A DNA stretch of 33,670 nucleotides. Source: Catajapyx aquilonaris. Taxonomy: Eukaryota. The notes under the pieces are model-generated. The model saw only the letters and a program-made list of their open reading frames with translations. It did not search any database and was not told where the DNA came from. Made by a program: the position numbers and the translations under genes. The first letter of the stretch is position 1, and every line of letters begins with the position of its first letter. The stretch spans positions 1 to 33,670 of the forward strand of contig JYFJ02004255.1 of the NCBI GenBank assembly GCA_000934665.2, read 5' to 3'. Of this stretch, positions 11,566-23,360 are shown one piece after another.

Positions 11566-12938
11566 CTATTTCTTGATACATTTTGATGTATCATTCATTC
11601 ATTCTTGTTATCATCTGTCCCATCGTCGCAACCGTCCTTCTGCGCAAGGAGAACAATCGTTTCAGCACAAAGAGTTGCTTCGATTCTGAATTTTCTGAGG
11701 TAGTAACTCACCTGCTGAATTGCTCCTAACTCTGAAGCAAGAGTACTTGTCCACATTCAAACAGGTTGGGCAAGTCCTGTAAATACACACATCAGTAACA
11801 CGTTGTACAAGTACACGTTACAGAAGATTGAAACCAGAAATGCCTTTTGATGGCTTTTATTCCCCTGAGTCCCAGCTATATACCCGCCAACGCAGTGCCT
11901 AGTTTTCCTATTACGAGTACTCTGAAGATACGTACAAGATATTTTACACAAAATAAAAGCTACACTTGCCCGATCAGGGAAAACACTATGAATGTGTCTG
12001 GAACAATTTTCCTCGGAACAATTTTCCTCGTCTTGAAGGCTCTAAATTATTTTCTAAAAATGTCGCTGTAAAACTCGAAATTAGAGTACTTCCGGCCAAC
12101 TACTTGGCTGATTTAACTATGAAATGCGTTAAAATATACGGAATAACAATATTGAGAATAGTGCCAGACGAATTTGCTGAAATCGTCATATACTTTGCGA
12201 GAAATAAAATATTTCTGATCTGCGCCTTTCCTGTTACTTCGGAAATCTCCCTAATTCAGTTTTGGGTCGCGAAGTACGACGATTTCAGCAATTTCGTCTG
12301 TCACTATATTCTCAATGTTAATATTCCGTATTTATTTTAATGTATTTCATAAATAAATCAACCTAACAGTTGGCCGGCAGTTCTCGAACTTCGAGTTTTT
12401 TGAAAATTAATTTAGGAACTTCTAGAGGAGGAAAATGGTTCCAAACACATTCATAGCATTTTCAAGGAATATGTGAGTATAACTGTTATTATTTGTAAAA
12501 TACGTTATAATTATATTCAGAGTACGTGCTACAAGCCAAAAACTTGGCGCTCGCAGTATATAGCTGTAGTACTCTGCGGCGATCCTTTTGGAAATTAATT
12601 TAGGGACTTCTAGATGAAACTGGTTCCAAACACATACATAGCGTAGAGCATGAACATGTAAGTATAGCTGTTATTATTGGTAAAATATATTATTATTATT
12701 ATCTTCAGAGTACATTTAAATTTAACAGAATGAAAAATCTAGGCGATGGAGGTATAGCTTGGGGCTCATTGGCAACAAACCTTGGGGCGTGACTTTCCAT
12801 TGGCTGCAGGTAGAAATTGAGGAATAACAAGAATGCGACAGGAGCCCAAACCAGCATCCAAAATTTGGGGAACCACGGGTAATCACACTCGATGAAAAGA
12901 AGCTGACACTGATGCACCGCCAGCATGACGAACTGGAT
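11566..12938 (-). pseudogene. ELOVL: ELOVL copy C, 3' fragment (exons 7-9 only)
   Basis: Exon 7 12938-12781 (158 nt, -1), exon 8 11776-11712 (65 nt, frameshifted), exon 9 11639-11566 with an ATTC expansion. Intron 6 homology stops at about 13317 and exons 1-6 are absent. Confidence 0.9.
11872..12750. mobile_element. Old foldback/MITE-like element in intron 7, shared by copies C, G and H
   Basis: Degenerate inverted arms at about 11875-12060 and 12400-12565, plus a partial tandem copy of the right arm. It recurs at about 24690-25940 and 30100-31330, and is absent from the short intron 7 of A, B and D. Confidence 0.7.
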
Positions 12939-13813
12939 CTATTTATGAAGGTAATGAGATTTTGAACCACTCTGGATGTATAGCTTACCATCTGCTGCGT
13001 GTCCGTTTCAATTAGTGACATGTTATGCCCTAAATTTCTCATTATTAAGGAGTGACAGAGGCCATGGAAAACATTATTATTAATTTTTCTCATATCAGTT
13101 AGCTTCAGAATGTAAATTATGAATTGCAAGGAGTTTATGAGCGAATAGTTATAGTATTTGATCACTGGAATTTTGGGTCAATAGTATATAATACAAGCAA
13201 CCCATTATTTGCTGGTTAGAACATCCCATATATTACTTGAAGAAGTTGCGTGTATTCCACAAAATGTCTAATGCAATACGTGCGAGGGATTCTAAAAGAA
13301 ACTGATTGATATTTTTAACAACGAATAAGAATTCCTCATAAGCTGGGTTCAGACTAGACACGGTAGGTACGTAACGTGTGACGAAACGTATACTGAAAGG
13401 GCGAGAAGGGAGCGCGAAAGGGGGGTATATATGGACTCACAGCTGAGGGAGAGACTGAAGAGGGCATGATTTGTCATAGAGTTAATTCTCACTGTTCAAA
13501 ACACTAGCTCAGCTATCAGGATTTATCGTCTTAGTTCTGCAGCAAGTGACATTATTTTTGTAGCTATTGTCTCCATCAGTTCATATCTCGGGTCAAAAGC
13601 AACTCAAAAATACTGGGTATGATGATCTTCCACAATAATATTGTATGTTGCCCCAGTGGCGTAAACGTGGGCATAACTTTCTGGCCATGAAAATACGGTA
13701 ACAATGCGAGCCCTTGACGACGACCTAAACAAACTCACTTGTTCCTGGCTAGCATATGGTGATTCGACATATCTACATTTCTGGGGTCGTATGGCCGCAA
13801 AAATGGTTCAATA

Positions 13814-13885
13814 TACAGTAAAACTTATATAAGTCGAATCTCCATGGGACCGGGGAAAAACGTCGAGTTAGAGAAGTTTGGAATT
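13814..13885 (+). mobile_element. Possible pogo/Tigger-like MITE terminus
   Basis: TA|CAGTAAAACTTATATAAGTCGAATCTCCATGGGACCG resembles TA-flanked CAGT termini. No partner TIR found. Confidence 0.35.
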
Positions 13886-15198
13886 TTTAAAGCACAGGAT
13901 TCTATGAAGAAGCCTACCTTTACAACTGTCCCTATTTCACTTACAAAAGATCTACCTAGAACACAATTTTAGTTAGGGCGAATAAAATGAAGGAAAAATT
14001 CATTGTTGAAAAGGTACACTATGGTCAGTTACTTTAGGGGCTATACCTCCCAATATAATATGAGGCATTAGGTGACTGAACTCAACTGCAGCTCCGACGT
14101 GCAGTGACCACTGACCACCGACCCTCCTGCCGAAAGTGATGACCCTGTCAAAGTCAGATACGGGAGGCAGCAAGCCCCCAGACCAGGATAAATAAGCGTA
14201 TAGGGAAGAACTGCATGTACTGTCACCGGAACACAATGGCAGGTGGAAACAAGAACAAGGATATTATGAATTTTTTACTGATCAGATTCTGATACATCCC
14301 CTCGGAACGTCTTGCCCCAGCACAGATGCATAACATTTCACCCACGACAATATGAGGTGGTAAACAAGACCTGACTTTGTTAGGTTATGACATCAAGAAC
14401 AAAATAATGAGGTAAAGGACATGAAAAATAAGGGGAGGGGGAAAACTCATAACTTCTATCCCGTAGCAGATGAAACTACGAGATTTGGAACACGGAACCA
14501 CACTGTCCTATTACATATTCGGCCCTTTGACGAAGAAACAGAATGCCGAATAGTTATATAGCAAAAAATAATAACGCATTTTTAATGGTTTTTAATTTTT
14601 TGGGGGCGGATTACTGAAGAGGAATTCAGTAAAGGTGTAAGTGGTATGAAATCACTTCACGACGGTGGGATTATGTGTTCAAAATTTGGAAGTTCTACCT
14701 GCAGCAGAATCTGAGCTAGGGCGAATGAAAAAAAAAAAGTAACAACAACAACAAGCTGAAAAAAATTCCTTGTTGAAATTGCATATTCGGTCTTACTTAC
14801 GGGCTATACCGCCCCTAAAATGGATCCAACGTGTGTTGAGTATAATACTTAAGCAATAAAAAGAACAAATTTGCATTTTTATAGTTGCAAGAATAGGAAA
14901 ATGCTGCTCTCCGTCTCTGTATACCGGTACTGTCGATTTGGGTTATGCGTGTGCATGATTATTACTCTAATGTAAATGAATTACTTTTGTTGCTGGTTAT
15001 TCTGCAGAGGATTCGTGAGAAAATCATAGAATAATAATTGAAACCGAGTAATCACTCCTGTAATACCTGATGACTTATGCTTTTGCAAACCGGATTATTT
15101 CACATCCTACAGTAATATTAGTTACTGGAGAAGTCTCAACAAAAGGGAAGAAGGAGTACTCCCGATAATGAAATAGTGCATTCATTTTTGCGTGGGAT

Positions 15199-15721
15199 CT
15201 AGTGCTTGAGATATTCTGACGTATGGTTCTTGTTTTCATCGGTCCCGTCGTCGTCATTGTCCTTCTGTAATGAGATATACGTATGATTTCATTGCCAACA
15301 TTTTGCACCACACCCTCCATGGTGCATTTTCTGAGAGCGCAACTCACTGTCAGCTGAATTGCTCCTACTCTGAAGCAAGCGTACTTGTCCACATATGAAG
15401 ACAGGCTGGGCAGGTCCTGTAAACACATGGAATACTCTTTATCATTATAGAAGGGGAAATGTGATCTGACGACCCTCAATAATGGCAACTTACCTTGGGA
15501 CGGGACATTCCGTATGACTGCAGGTAAAAATTGAGGAATAACACGAAGAATACAGGTGCCCAAACCAGTATCCAAAATTTGGGGAACCAGGGGTAATCGC
15601 ACTCGATGAAAAGAAGCTGACTCTGATGCACCGCCAGCAAGGTGAACTGGATCTATTTATCAGTGAAAGTAATGATATCAATTAAATGTGCGGCTCATGT
15701 TGCATGTAGCCTACCAATTAT

Positions 15722-15796
<75 letters not shown>

Positions 15797-17517
15797 TATT
15801 TTATTGTACCCCGTTATAGGGCCATAGGCCCTTATAGGGGAGTGGGACACCACCATTTTTCGTTCGATTTTCTATATATTTTTCTTCCAACTCCGGTGCA
15901 AGGACGAAAGGACATGGGGTAAGGATAGGGATTTATTGGGGAGGGAACATAGGTGCAAGTGCAATGTCTGCAAATGGGTCATGTGCAGTCCCCCAGGAGG
16001 TTAGGTTGCCAGACACCTCCTTGGTGCAGGTCAGAGACCCTCCTGACGCAGGTGAAAGGAAAGTTCCCCAGGCGGGGATCGAACCTGGGGCCTTTCACTC
16101 AGCAAGCCGTGACGTTACCATCACGGCCACCACACCTCCCCCAATTATTATTATATAATTGCTATGCACGTTTCATTCCGCACTAAATTTCCCATTATCG
16201 TGCCATATAGTGTCAGATTTAGTGGTCATAAAAATTACTTTCTGATATTTGGTCAGGTAGGCCGAGCTTGTATACAGTACATTATTATTCTTTCACGTCA
16301 TGAATTACAAGGGATGCATGAGACAAGAGTGACCTCATTGGATCACTCGACTTTTAACTGGAATTGCCGGATATACCATCCCACATTTCTGAAGTTGTTT
16401 ATTTTAAAATAAAGTAATTGAATTTGTTTAGTGAATCGTAGACTTGGTAGTTGGAGAAGGTACCGGTACGGCGGTACCGGTAATCACCCTGACATGATAT
16501 GTCTCACCATCTGGATGGCGGTAAGGTACTTCTTCCACCAGAGGTACTTGTGGTATCCCAGGCCAGCCAGGAAGTAATACGAGTACATCAGCACGTGAAC
16601 AAACGAGTTGCAGAGACAGAGGAATGTCGTATGTCCACCTGAAATTAGGCGGTAATGACTATCAGGCCGAAATATTAGCCTACTTTGAAAAGTTAAGCCT
16701 CATACCTGCAGCAAATTTCAGCCCGTACCACATAGCAAAAGGCATGCCTGCATGGTGCATCACGTGAAGAAGAGTGATCTGGTCGTACTTTTTCCTAAGC
16801 GCAAAGAACACCTGAAATGGACGAGATGTTTTGCTATCACCATGAACAATGAATACTTGGGGCATTTTAGTGTTATTCCCTTACAGTGTCGGACCAGTCA
16901 ATCAACTTGGAAATGTAGAACAGCCAGAAAGCTTGAACCATCTGCAAAGGAAATATGGCACCATGGTCGTACACAAGATAATTTTATTTTGCACCAATTT
17001 AATTGTGACTTACGGCCATGGCCTGTGGACTTCTGGAGTAGTCCACTGGCTGGCAAATGAAGCTGTAGGAAGTGAACCAGCCTCCCTTGATGCACTACAT
17101 GGAATCAAAGCATGTGGTTTAATCTATCACAAAATGAACCCCTACAAAACCGTCACTTGTCACTTACCAGAGTGATTATCCAGGCATTGACTATCACTTG
17201 AAAGGCATTATACACGGTCAGTACATTAGTGAGCTTCATTGGTGGTCTACCCATCATTAGTCTCGGAAGTACAAAGCACACTAGAAATCTGTATCCGAAG
17301 CTGGCCGAGACAAGGGTGTACATGTGGCCTGTCAATGGAAGCTCCATCACTCGGGGATCTGGAATTAATTAATAATTCGTATATGTATTGTAATAATGGA
17401 TGTAATGAATAGTAATCCAGTACCTTCATCCTCGTAAAATACGTGGTTATACCATTGCTTCGTGTAAGCCCCCAAAGCAATGTTGTTTTCTGCAGACGTC
17501 GTCGTGTTGCCAGCCAT
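15199..17517 (-). CDS. ELOVL: ELOVL-family fatty acid elongase, copy D (intact, 317 aa)
   Basis: Exons 17517-17424, 17358-17168, 17094-17014, 16941-16885, 16811-16706, 16638-16508, 15652-15494, 15416-15348, 15264-15199. GT-AG introns, 954 nt in frame. Motifs [36 protein letters not shown]. Confidence 0.93.
15725..15792. repeat. (TA)n microsatellite
   Basis: Pure dinucleotide run. Confidence 0.95.
15731..16140 (-). mobile_element. tRNA-derived SINE in intron 6 of copy D with a (TA)n tail
   Basis: Minus-strand A box TGGCCGTGATGG and B box GGTTCGATCC. Target-site duplication CCAATTATTATTATATA at 15714-15730 and 16141-16157. Confidence 0.85.
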
Positions 17518-17542
17518 TGTCTTTTCCACTTGTCCTGTTCTA

Positions 17543-17670
17543 GAGCCGGTTTCACCGAGCTCAGTATATGATAAAACCAGGGTATTTCTCAAAATCCATA
17601 TCTATTTGTATGGATTTTCCTAAAGAAACCTGGTTTTATCATATACCAAGCTCGGTGAAACCGCGGCCCT
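17543..17670. mobile_element. Palindromic MITE (PIF/Harbinger-like)
   Basis: GCCGGTTTCACCGAGCT..ATATGATAAAACCAGG pairs with CCTGGTTTTATCATAT..AGCTCGGTGAAACCGCGGCCC. It is inserted at a TAA. The empty site TGTTCTAATGATGG is at 21987-22000. Confidence 0.85.
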
Positions 17671-18564
17671 TAATGATGGTTCCAGGTTGGGTATATGAGG
17701 AAAGAAGTTCACTGAAGCTGTGTATGAAGTAATTCTAACAATAAGTGCAATCAACCCAGAATCAACCACGCTGGGTTACACCTCACCGACCTCTTTATGA
17801 TTTTAACGATGAAAGTGATCGTGTTAGTTTTTATGAGGTCTTAACTAAACATACTGTGGGTTTAGATTATATTGCACAATGTAATAAAGGGAAATATACA
17901 GGTGATTTTGCATAATGAAGCCGAAATCACCTAAATTAACTCCAAAAGATGTAAATTCAAGGATAAGTAGCTTGTATCGAAAAGGAATTATTCATCTTTC
18001 GTGGCACCCTGCATATTTTTAGTCAAAAGGCGATCTATATCCGCGATTGAAAAAACGGGTAATAAATTATATGTATTGTGCAGCAATCCGGATAATGCTG
18101 CAGAATTTTCAGAAGAAACATGGTATGAGAATGGGTTTGTCGAAATTATCAGGTAGGCCTACTGGTGACGTAACTTTGCAGTATCTTGATCAGTATGGTG
18201 AAGTTTCAAGCATTGAACTGTACCTGTATATGCACTCAGACCCAGTTAATTGAAGCTCCACGACTCGACGATCTGCAATTAAGTAACAATGTATTAATTG
18301 TACATTGTTCCTATCGTAATATGTGGCAGAAAATATCACGATTTGTATAAATTGCGACACTCTGTAGTCTGTACTGTACCTTAATTTTTATCAAATGCGT
18401 AGTCGAACTTGTACTTGACAAATGTCACCAGATCCACGTCACTTCCTTTCAGTGTGGGATTTCCTCCATCGGACCTGTGATTACTGTTGGTGAGACGCCA
18501 ATGTAGCAAGTATCACACTCAACCTTTCCTGAGCATTTAACCTTGTGCAAGAACCCACCCAGCT

Positions 18565-18572
18565 CTTTTATA
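18565..18572 (-). promoter_or_regulatory. Candidate TATA box of copy D; putative non-coding exon donor near 18380
   Basis: Conserved upstream block. Confidence 0.4.
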
Positions 18573-18865
18573 CTGACAAGAAAATGTTGGTGTTCAGGTG
18601 ACTGAAAGACTATTTAAGTAATCAAACACTGAGGAAATGCGTTACATCTCTCATATTTCATCAACAGAATAGGGGGAAATGCTCTGGTTGAGAAAGTGCG
18701 GCATGCAACGTGGGATGATTAGCTCAATTAGGAGTTAATAGTACAAAAAAGTAGAGTGAATGTAAAAACTGTAGTCCCAAGGCGACGGAGGAAAGGCGAT
18801 CAACTTTTGAAGCCATACAAAATAATGTCGACGGAACGAATTAGGGGAATAAGTTAGATCAATTA

Positions 18866-19158
18866 TTAACCCTTTGATGCCTATACGGACATCATATGAC
18901 AAAAATGTACATTACATTTTAATGTTAAAATCTCAATAATCTCAATAAAGGATGTGTTTAACGATCGATTTTGACCTGTACCGCCACACTTTTAAATTAA
19001 AAATTTTGTCTGATAAGGTAAAATATAAAAATAGAGAATCTTAGACTGCATATTTTTTAAGCTTTGCAAAAATCCATGTTAGAAATAATGCGCGCAATTT
19101 AGGTACATTTTCCTATTAAAAGTCGCCGCTGGTAGAGGTCCATGAACATATAATAAGT
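18866..19158 (+). mobile_element. piggyBac-like non-autonomous element fragment
   Basis: Begins TTAA|CCCTT exactly where homology to the upstream block of other copies stops. A second partial copy is at 5170-5426. Confidence 0.5.
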
Positions 19159-19555
19159 GCTCGGAAAGAAATACAAAAGAGAACCTTTTGCAATTTGCAT
19201 TGATGGTAAAAGACGTCATTTTGCAGAATAAATAGTGAAAATGAATGGTTATGAAGAAATTTTTCCATGTAGTAATACTGCACTCGGGTAATTAGTATCC
19301 TTGGTGAATTGAGAAATATTTGATCAGCATCACTACCAAACGGGACATAATGCATTAGCTCTGATAGTGCGGCACGAAATGTATTCGGCATTTATTTTCT
19401 CTCGGATTTGATATTTTGGCGCATTTTAAAGTCGAAATTGTACTAGTTTATTTAGGCGATTTTGGTTTCATTACGATAGCTTTTTGAAGTCTTCAATTAC
19501 AATATACACGCTGGCTATAGGGATCGTTCTGCGAGTCAGGCAACCAGCCAGACAT
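19157..19555. mobile_element. Dispersed repeat, same family as 33007-33573
   Basis: Direct repeat starting GTGCTCGGAAAGAAATACAAAAGAGAACC in both places. Confidence 0.7.
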
Positions 19556-20418
19556 AATATATATTGGAATGAGAATGGAAGTGAAGAAATCATGTTAGTG
19601 ATGGAAAAAACTGAATAATTCGCTTATCTTGACCTTGACTATAGGTGAGTGTGGTGAAAGTCCATGTTATTGCAATTTTCAAGGTAACAAGTGTTGGACT
19701 GACTCGAGGTTAAGGTCAGAGGAAGGATCTTTGCATGAAATTGGTCTAATTTTAAAATAAAATCTACATGTCAGGCTCATCATTACTGATTTAGAATAAC
19801 CGGACATCATTGAATATTGTCACTTCCCTGATTCCTTCCACAAATCCTTCCGCCTTTTCCGAACTGGCCAACTGAAGCCCAGTTCAGGCCTGGAAAGTGT
19901 GGGTTTATCCATACATATAGTGTCCAAGTGGGTGCCCATATCGGCCTTTTTGTAACTCACTTCTGGCGATCACCTTCACCGTTCTAAAGTCTGGCCACAG
20001 TGATGTGAACCAAGCTCTGTTGCGATCATGGAAGATAGTGTTTCGAATCGTGATTGAACAGCCTGCTCCTCTGCCTTCCAATCCAGCTTTTAGAGTGTTT
20101 GAGACATTCTTTTGGTTGTTCGTATTGGTCATTGGTTGTGGGTTCAAGTCAAAGCTGGTTTCATTCATAGCGGAATAACGGAACTCATTTTATATGTGGG
20201 TTTTTAAAAAAATGATACGTCCGCTTAACCTAATATTAAAAGCGAATACTTCGGATAACCACGCAAATAACTGGTTTTACGCAGCTTAGAGGCAAAATGC
20301 TAATTGTTGGGAAAGGTTCTGTTGAAACAATGAACCATCTGTAGTAAAAATATACCAGAAGTATTTCTTACGTGAAGGCCTATATATTTTTATTTTGGTG
20401 AGTTCGGGCGAGGTATTT

Positions 20419-20919
20419 GCCTGGGGACTTCTGGAGTAATCGACTGCTGGCAAAATGAAGCTGTAGGAAGTAATATACCAAGTAATATACTCTCTGTCTC
20501 TCTCAGTACATTATTACTGGGATTCATTGGTGATCGACCCACCATTAGTCTCGGAAGTACAGTCGTACCATTCTTCATGACTGGTATATACAAAGCACAC
20601 TATATCCTCCTGAGACCAGATGTCCAATATATTGGACATCTGGTCTCAGGAGGATTTAGAAGTCGGTATCCGAGTGTGGCTGCCAAAAGGGTGTAGACCT
20701 ACATGTGACCAGTCAATGGCAGTTTCATTACACGGGGATCTGAAATTTATTAATAATGAATAATCTGCACTGTAATAATACCGTTGATAATTATATAATG
20801 AACAATGCAGTATCTTCATCGTCGTAAAATATACGTGTTTGTACCACTGCTTCATGTAAGCCTCCAAAGCAATGTTGTTTTCTGCAGACGTCGCGTCGTC
20901 GCGTCGTGTTTCCAGCCAT
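20419..20919 (-). pseudogene. ELOVL: ELOVL copy E, decayed 5' fragment (exon 1, part of exon 2, part of exon 3)
   Basis: ATG at 20919. The exon 1 donor is mutated GT>AT and exon 2 has an in-frame TAG after LTGHM. Exon 2 carries two insertions, and a deletion fuses exon 2 to exon 3. Confidence 0.88.
20604..20655. repeat. Perfect 52-bp palindrome inserted in exon 2 of copy E
   Basis: ATCCTCCTGAGACCAGATGTCCAATA|TATTGGACATCTGGTCTCAGGAGGAT, with no spacer. Confidence 0.9.
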
Positions 20920-21236
20920 TGTCTTTTCCACTTGTCCTGTGCTATTGATGGTACCAAGCTGGGTTTATGCGGAAAGCAGTTCACTGATGCTGTGTAAGAA
21001 GTAATCTTACAAATGTAGCCTAATCAACCAGTGATCATGCCACACAAACCACTGAGTTACACACTTCACTGGCATGTATGCTTTTAACGAGGTCATTGTT
21101 TTTGTTTGATTCCCGGAAGAAAAACTCTGGGTGTAGGATATAATCACTCACAATATACGGTATGTAACTATGTAACGTATGTTGTAACCAGCAAAACTGG
21201 CAATATTTCGCATTTTGCAGAAAAACAATATAATTA

Positions 21237-21519
21237 GGATCGTCGTGAATTGGTTTTCCTGGGATAAAATCGCATGCAATTGAAAGTAACCATCGTTCAT
21301 TGAGCAATTATTCTTAAGCATGGTACAATTCCAAAGGATATGTGCCGCATCCTGAGCTCCATCACTGCACGGGCAAACTTCTCCCCAAACCTGTTTCTCT
21401 CCAGAGAGGAGTTTGTACCTAGCGAGGTAGGCCCTGTACGGGCCATGGCCGGAAACGAGGTGGGCTATATGTGGCCGTGGAGATGCCGAGACAACTGGTA
21501 AGAAGACCTGGTACCACCT
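21237..21519 (-). mobile_element. Non-LTR retrotransposon ORF2 C-terminal zinc-knuckle fragment (R1/LOA/I-group-like)
   Basis: Open minus-strand frame RWYQVFLPVVSASPRPHIAHLVSGHGPYRAYLARYKLLSGEKQVWGEVCPCSDGAQDAAHILWNC (SGHG...CxC...H...C). Confidence 0.85.
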
Positions 21520-21968
21520 GTGAGCTTCATTGGTGGTCTACCCGTCATTAGTCTCGGAATTATGTAAGACACTAGAAAGAGGTATCCAAAACTGGCTGCC
21601 ACAAGTGCGTACATGTGACCAGTCAATGGCAGCTCCATCACTCGAGGATCTGAAATTAATTAATAATGTACCTAGTACAGGTGTAAGTTATTATAATAAC
21701 AGATGTAATGAACAATGATGCAGTACCTTCATCGTCGTAAAATATGTGGTTGTATTCAACAGTGCAAAAAGAACTGTCCCAGTCATCCTGACGTGTGGGC
21801 TGGCCGCTCGACACACACCATGTAAGTTACATGGTGTGTGTCGAGCGGGCAGCACACACATCAGGATGACTGGGACAGTTCTTTTTGAACTGATGATACC
21901 ATTGCTTCGTGCATGTAAGCCCCCAGAGCAATGTTGTTTTCTGCCGACGTCGTCGTGTTGCCAACCAT
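21520..21968 (-). pseudogene. ELOVL: ELOVL copy F, 5' fragment (exon 1 with a MITE, truncated exon 2)
   Basis: ATG at 21968. Exon 1 ends at 21727 and carries a 4-bp insertion and a MITE. Exon 2 (21649-21520) is cut after PPMKL and fused to LINE sequence. Confidence 0.88.
21756..21896. mobile_element. Palindromic MITE in exon 1 of copy F
   Basis: CAAAAAGAACTGTCCCAGTCATCCTGA..ACACACACCATGTAA pairs with TTACATGGTGTGTGT..TCAGGATGACTGGGACAGTTCTTTTTG. TA is duplicated at the GTTGTACC target. Confidence 0.88.
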
Positions 21969-22601
21969 AGTCTTTGCCACTTGTCCTGTTCTAATGATGG
22001 TTCCAGGTTGGGTATATGAAGAAAGAAGTTCACTGAAGCTGTTTAGGGAGTGATTCTAGTGTAAGCAACCACACTGGGTTACACCTCACTGGCCTCTTTA
22101 TGATTTTAACGATGAAAGTGATCGGGGTTTTATTTGGTCTTACTAAACATACTGTGGGTGTAGATTAGATTACACAATGTAATAAAGGGAGAAGTACAGG
22201 TGATTTTGCATAATGAAGCCGAAATCACCAAAATTAACTCCAAAAGATGTAAATTCAAGGATAAGTAGCTTGTATTGAAATGGAATTATTCATCTTTCGT
22301 GACACCCTGCATGATTTTATTATGCAAAAGGCGATCTATATCTGCGATTGAAAAAACGGACAATAAAGATTTTCATTGTTCAGCAATCCGGATAATGTTG
22401 CAGAATTTTCAGAAGAAACATGGTATGAGAATGGGTTTGTCGAAATTATCTGGTACTGGTGACGTAACTTTGCAGTATCTTGATCAGTATGGTGAAGTTT
22501 CAAGCATTGAACTGTACCTGTATATGCACCCAGACCCAGTTAATTGAAGCTCCATGACTCGACGATCTGAAATTAAGTGACAATGTACTAATATATTGTT
22601 A

Positions 22602-22780
22602 ATTAAGGTACAGTATAGACTACAAACTGTCACAATTTATACAAATCGTGATTATTTCCTGACACATATTACGATATGAACAATGTACTAATTGTACATT
22701 GTTCCTATCGTAATATGTGTCAGAAAATAATCACGATTTGTATAAATTGCGACACTCTGTAGTTTATACTGTACCTTAAT
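22602..22780. repeat. Local inverted duplication (arms about 87 bp)
   Basis: ATTAAGGTACAGTATA..AACAATGTAC TAATT GTACATTGTT..TATACTGTACCTTAAT. The left arm is absent from B, D and G. Confidence 0.85.
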
Positions 22781-23360
22781 CTTTATCAAATGCGTAGTCG
22801 AACTTGTACTTGACAAATGGCACCAGATCCACGTCACTTTCTGTCAGCGAGGGATTTCCTCCATCGGACCTGTGATTATTATTGGTGAGACGCCAATGAA
22901 GCAATAAGTATCACACTCAACTAACTTCTCCTGAGCATTTAACCTTGTGTAGACCCCACCCAGCTCTTCTATACTGACATGAAAATGTTGGTGTTCAGGT
23001 TACTGAAAGACTATTTAAGTAATCAAACACTGACGAAATGCGTTACATCTCTCGTATTTCATCAACAGAATAGGGGGAAATGTTCTGGTTGAGTAATTGC
23101 GGTATGCAACACTGGATGATTTGCTCAATTAGGAGTTAATAGTACAAAAAAGTAGAGTGAATGTTAAAAACTGTAGTCCCAAGGTGACGGAGGAAAGGCG
23201 GTCAACTTTGTTCCTGAATTACTGTGTATGAATTGTTTTGCAACCATACAAAAATAATGTCGACCGAACGAATTAGAAGAATAATTATTTAGATCAATAA
23301 TATTATTAACATCTATGACGTGGTAGATTGTTGAAACTTGGATACACTCTGTAAGATAAT

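Noticed and set aside
13320..15070. Unique-looking spacer with a 78-aa ORF (14000-14236)
   Set aside because: No recognisable protein motif. Probably mixed repeat debris that I cannot classify.
15075..15602. 175-aa minus-strand ORF
   Set aside because: Chance read-through of exons 7-9 and their introns. Only exon 8 is in the real frame.
19905..20168. ORF with MNETSF..KVIAR, faintly like a pogo DDE motif
   Set aside because: The catalytic D is absent and the spacing is wrong. It cannot be supported without a search.
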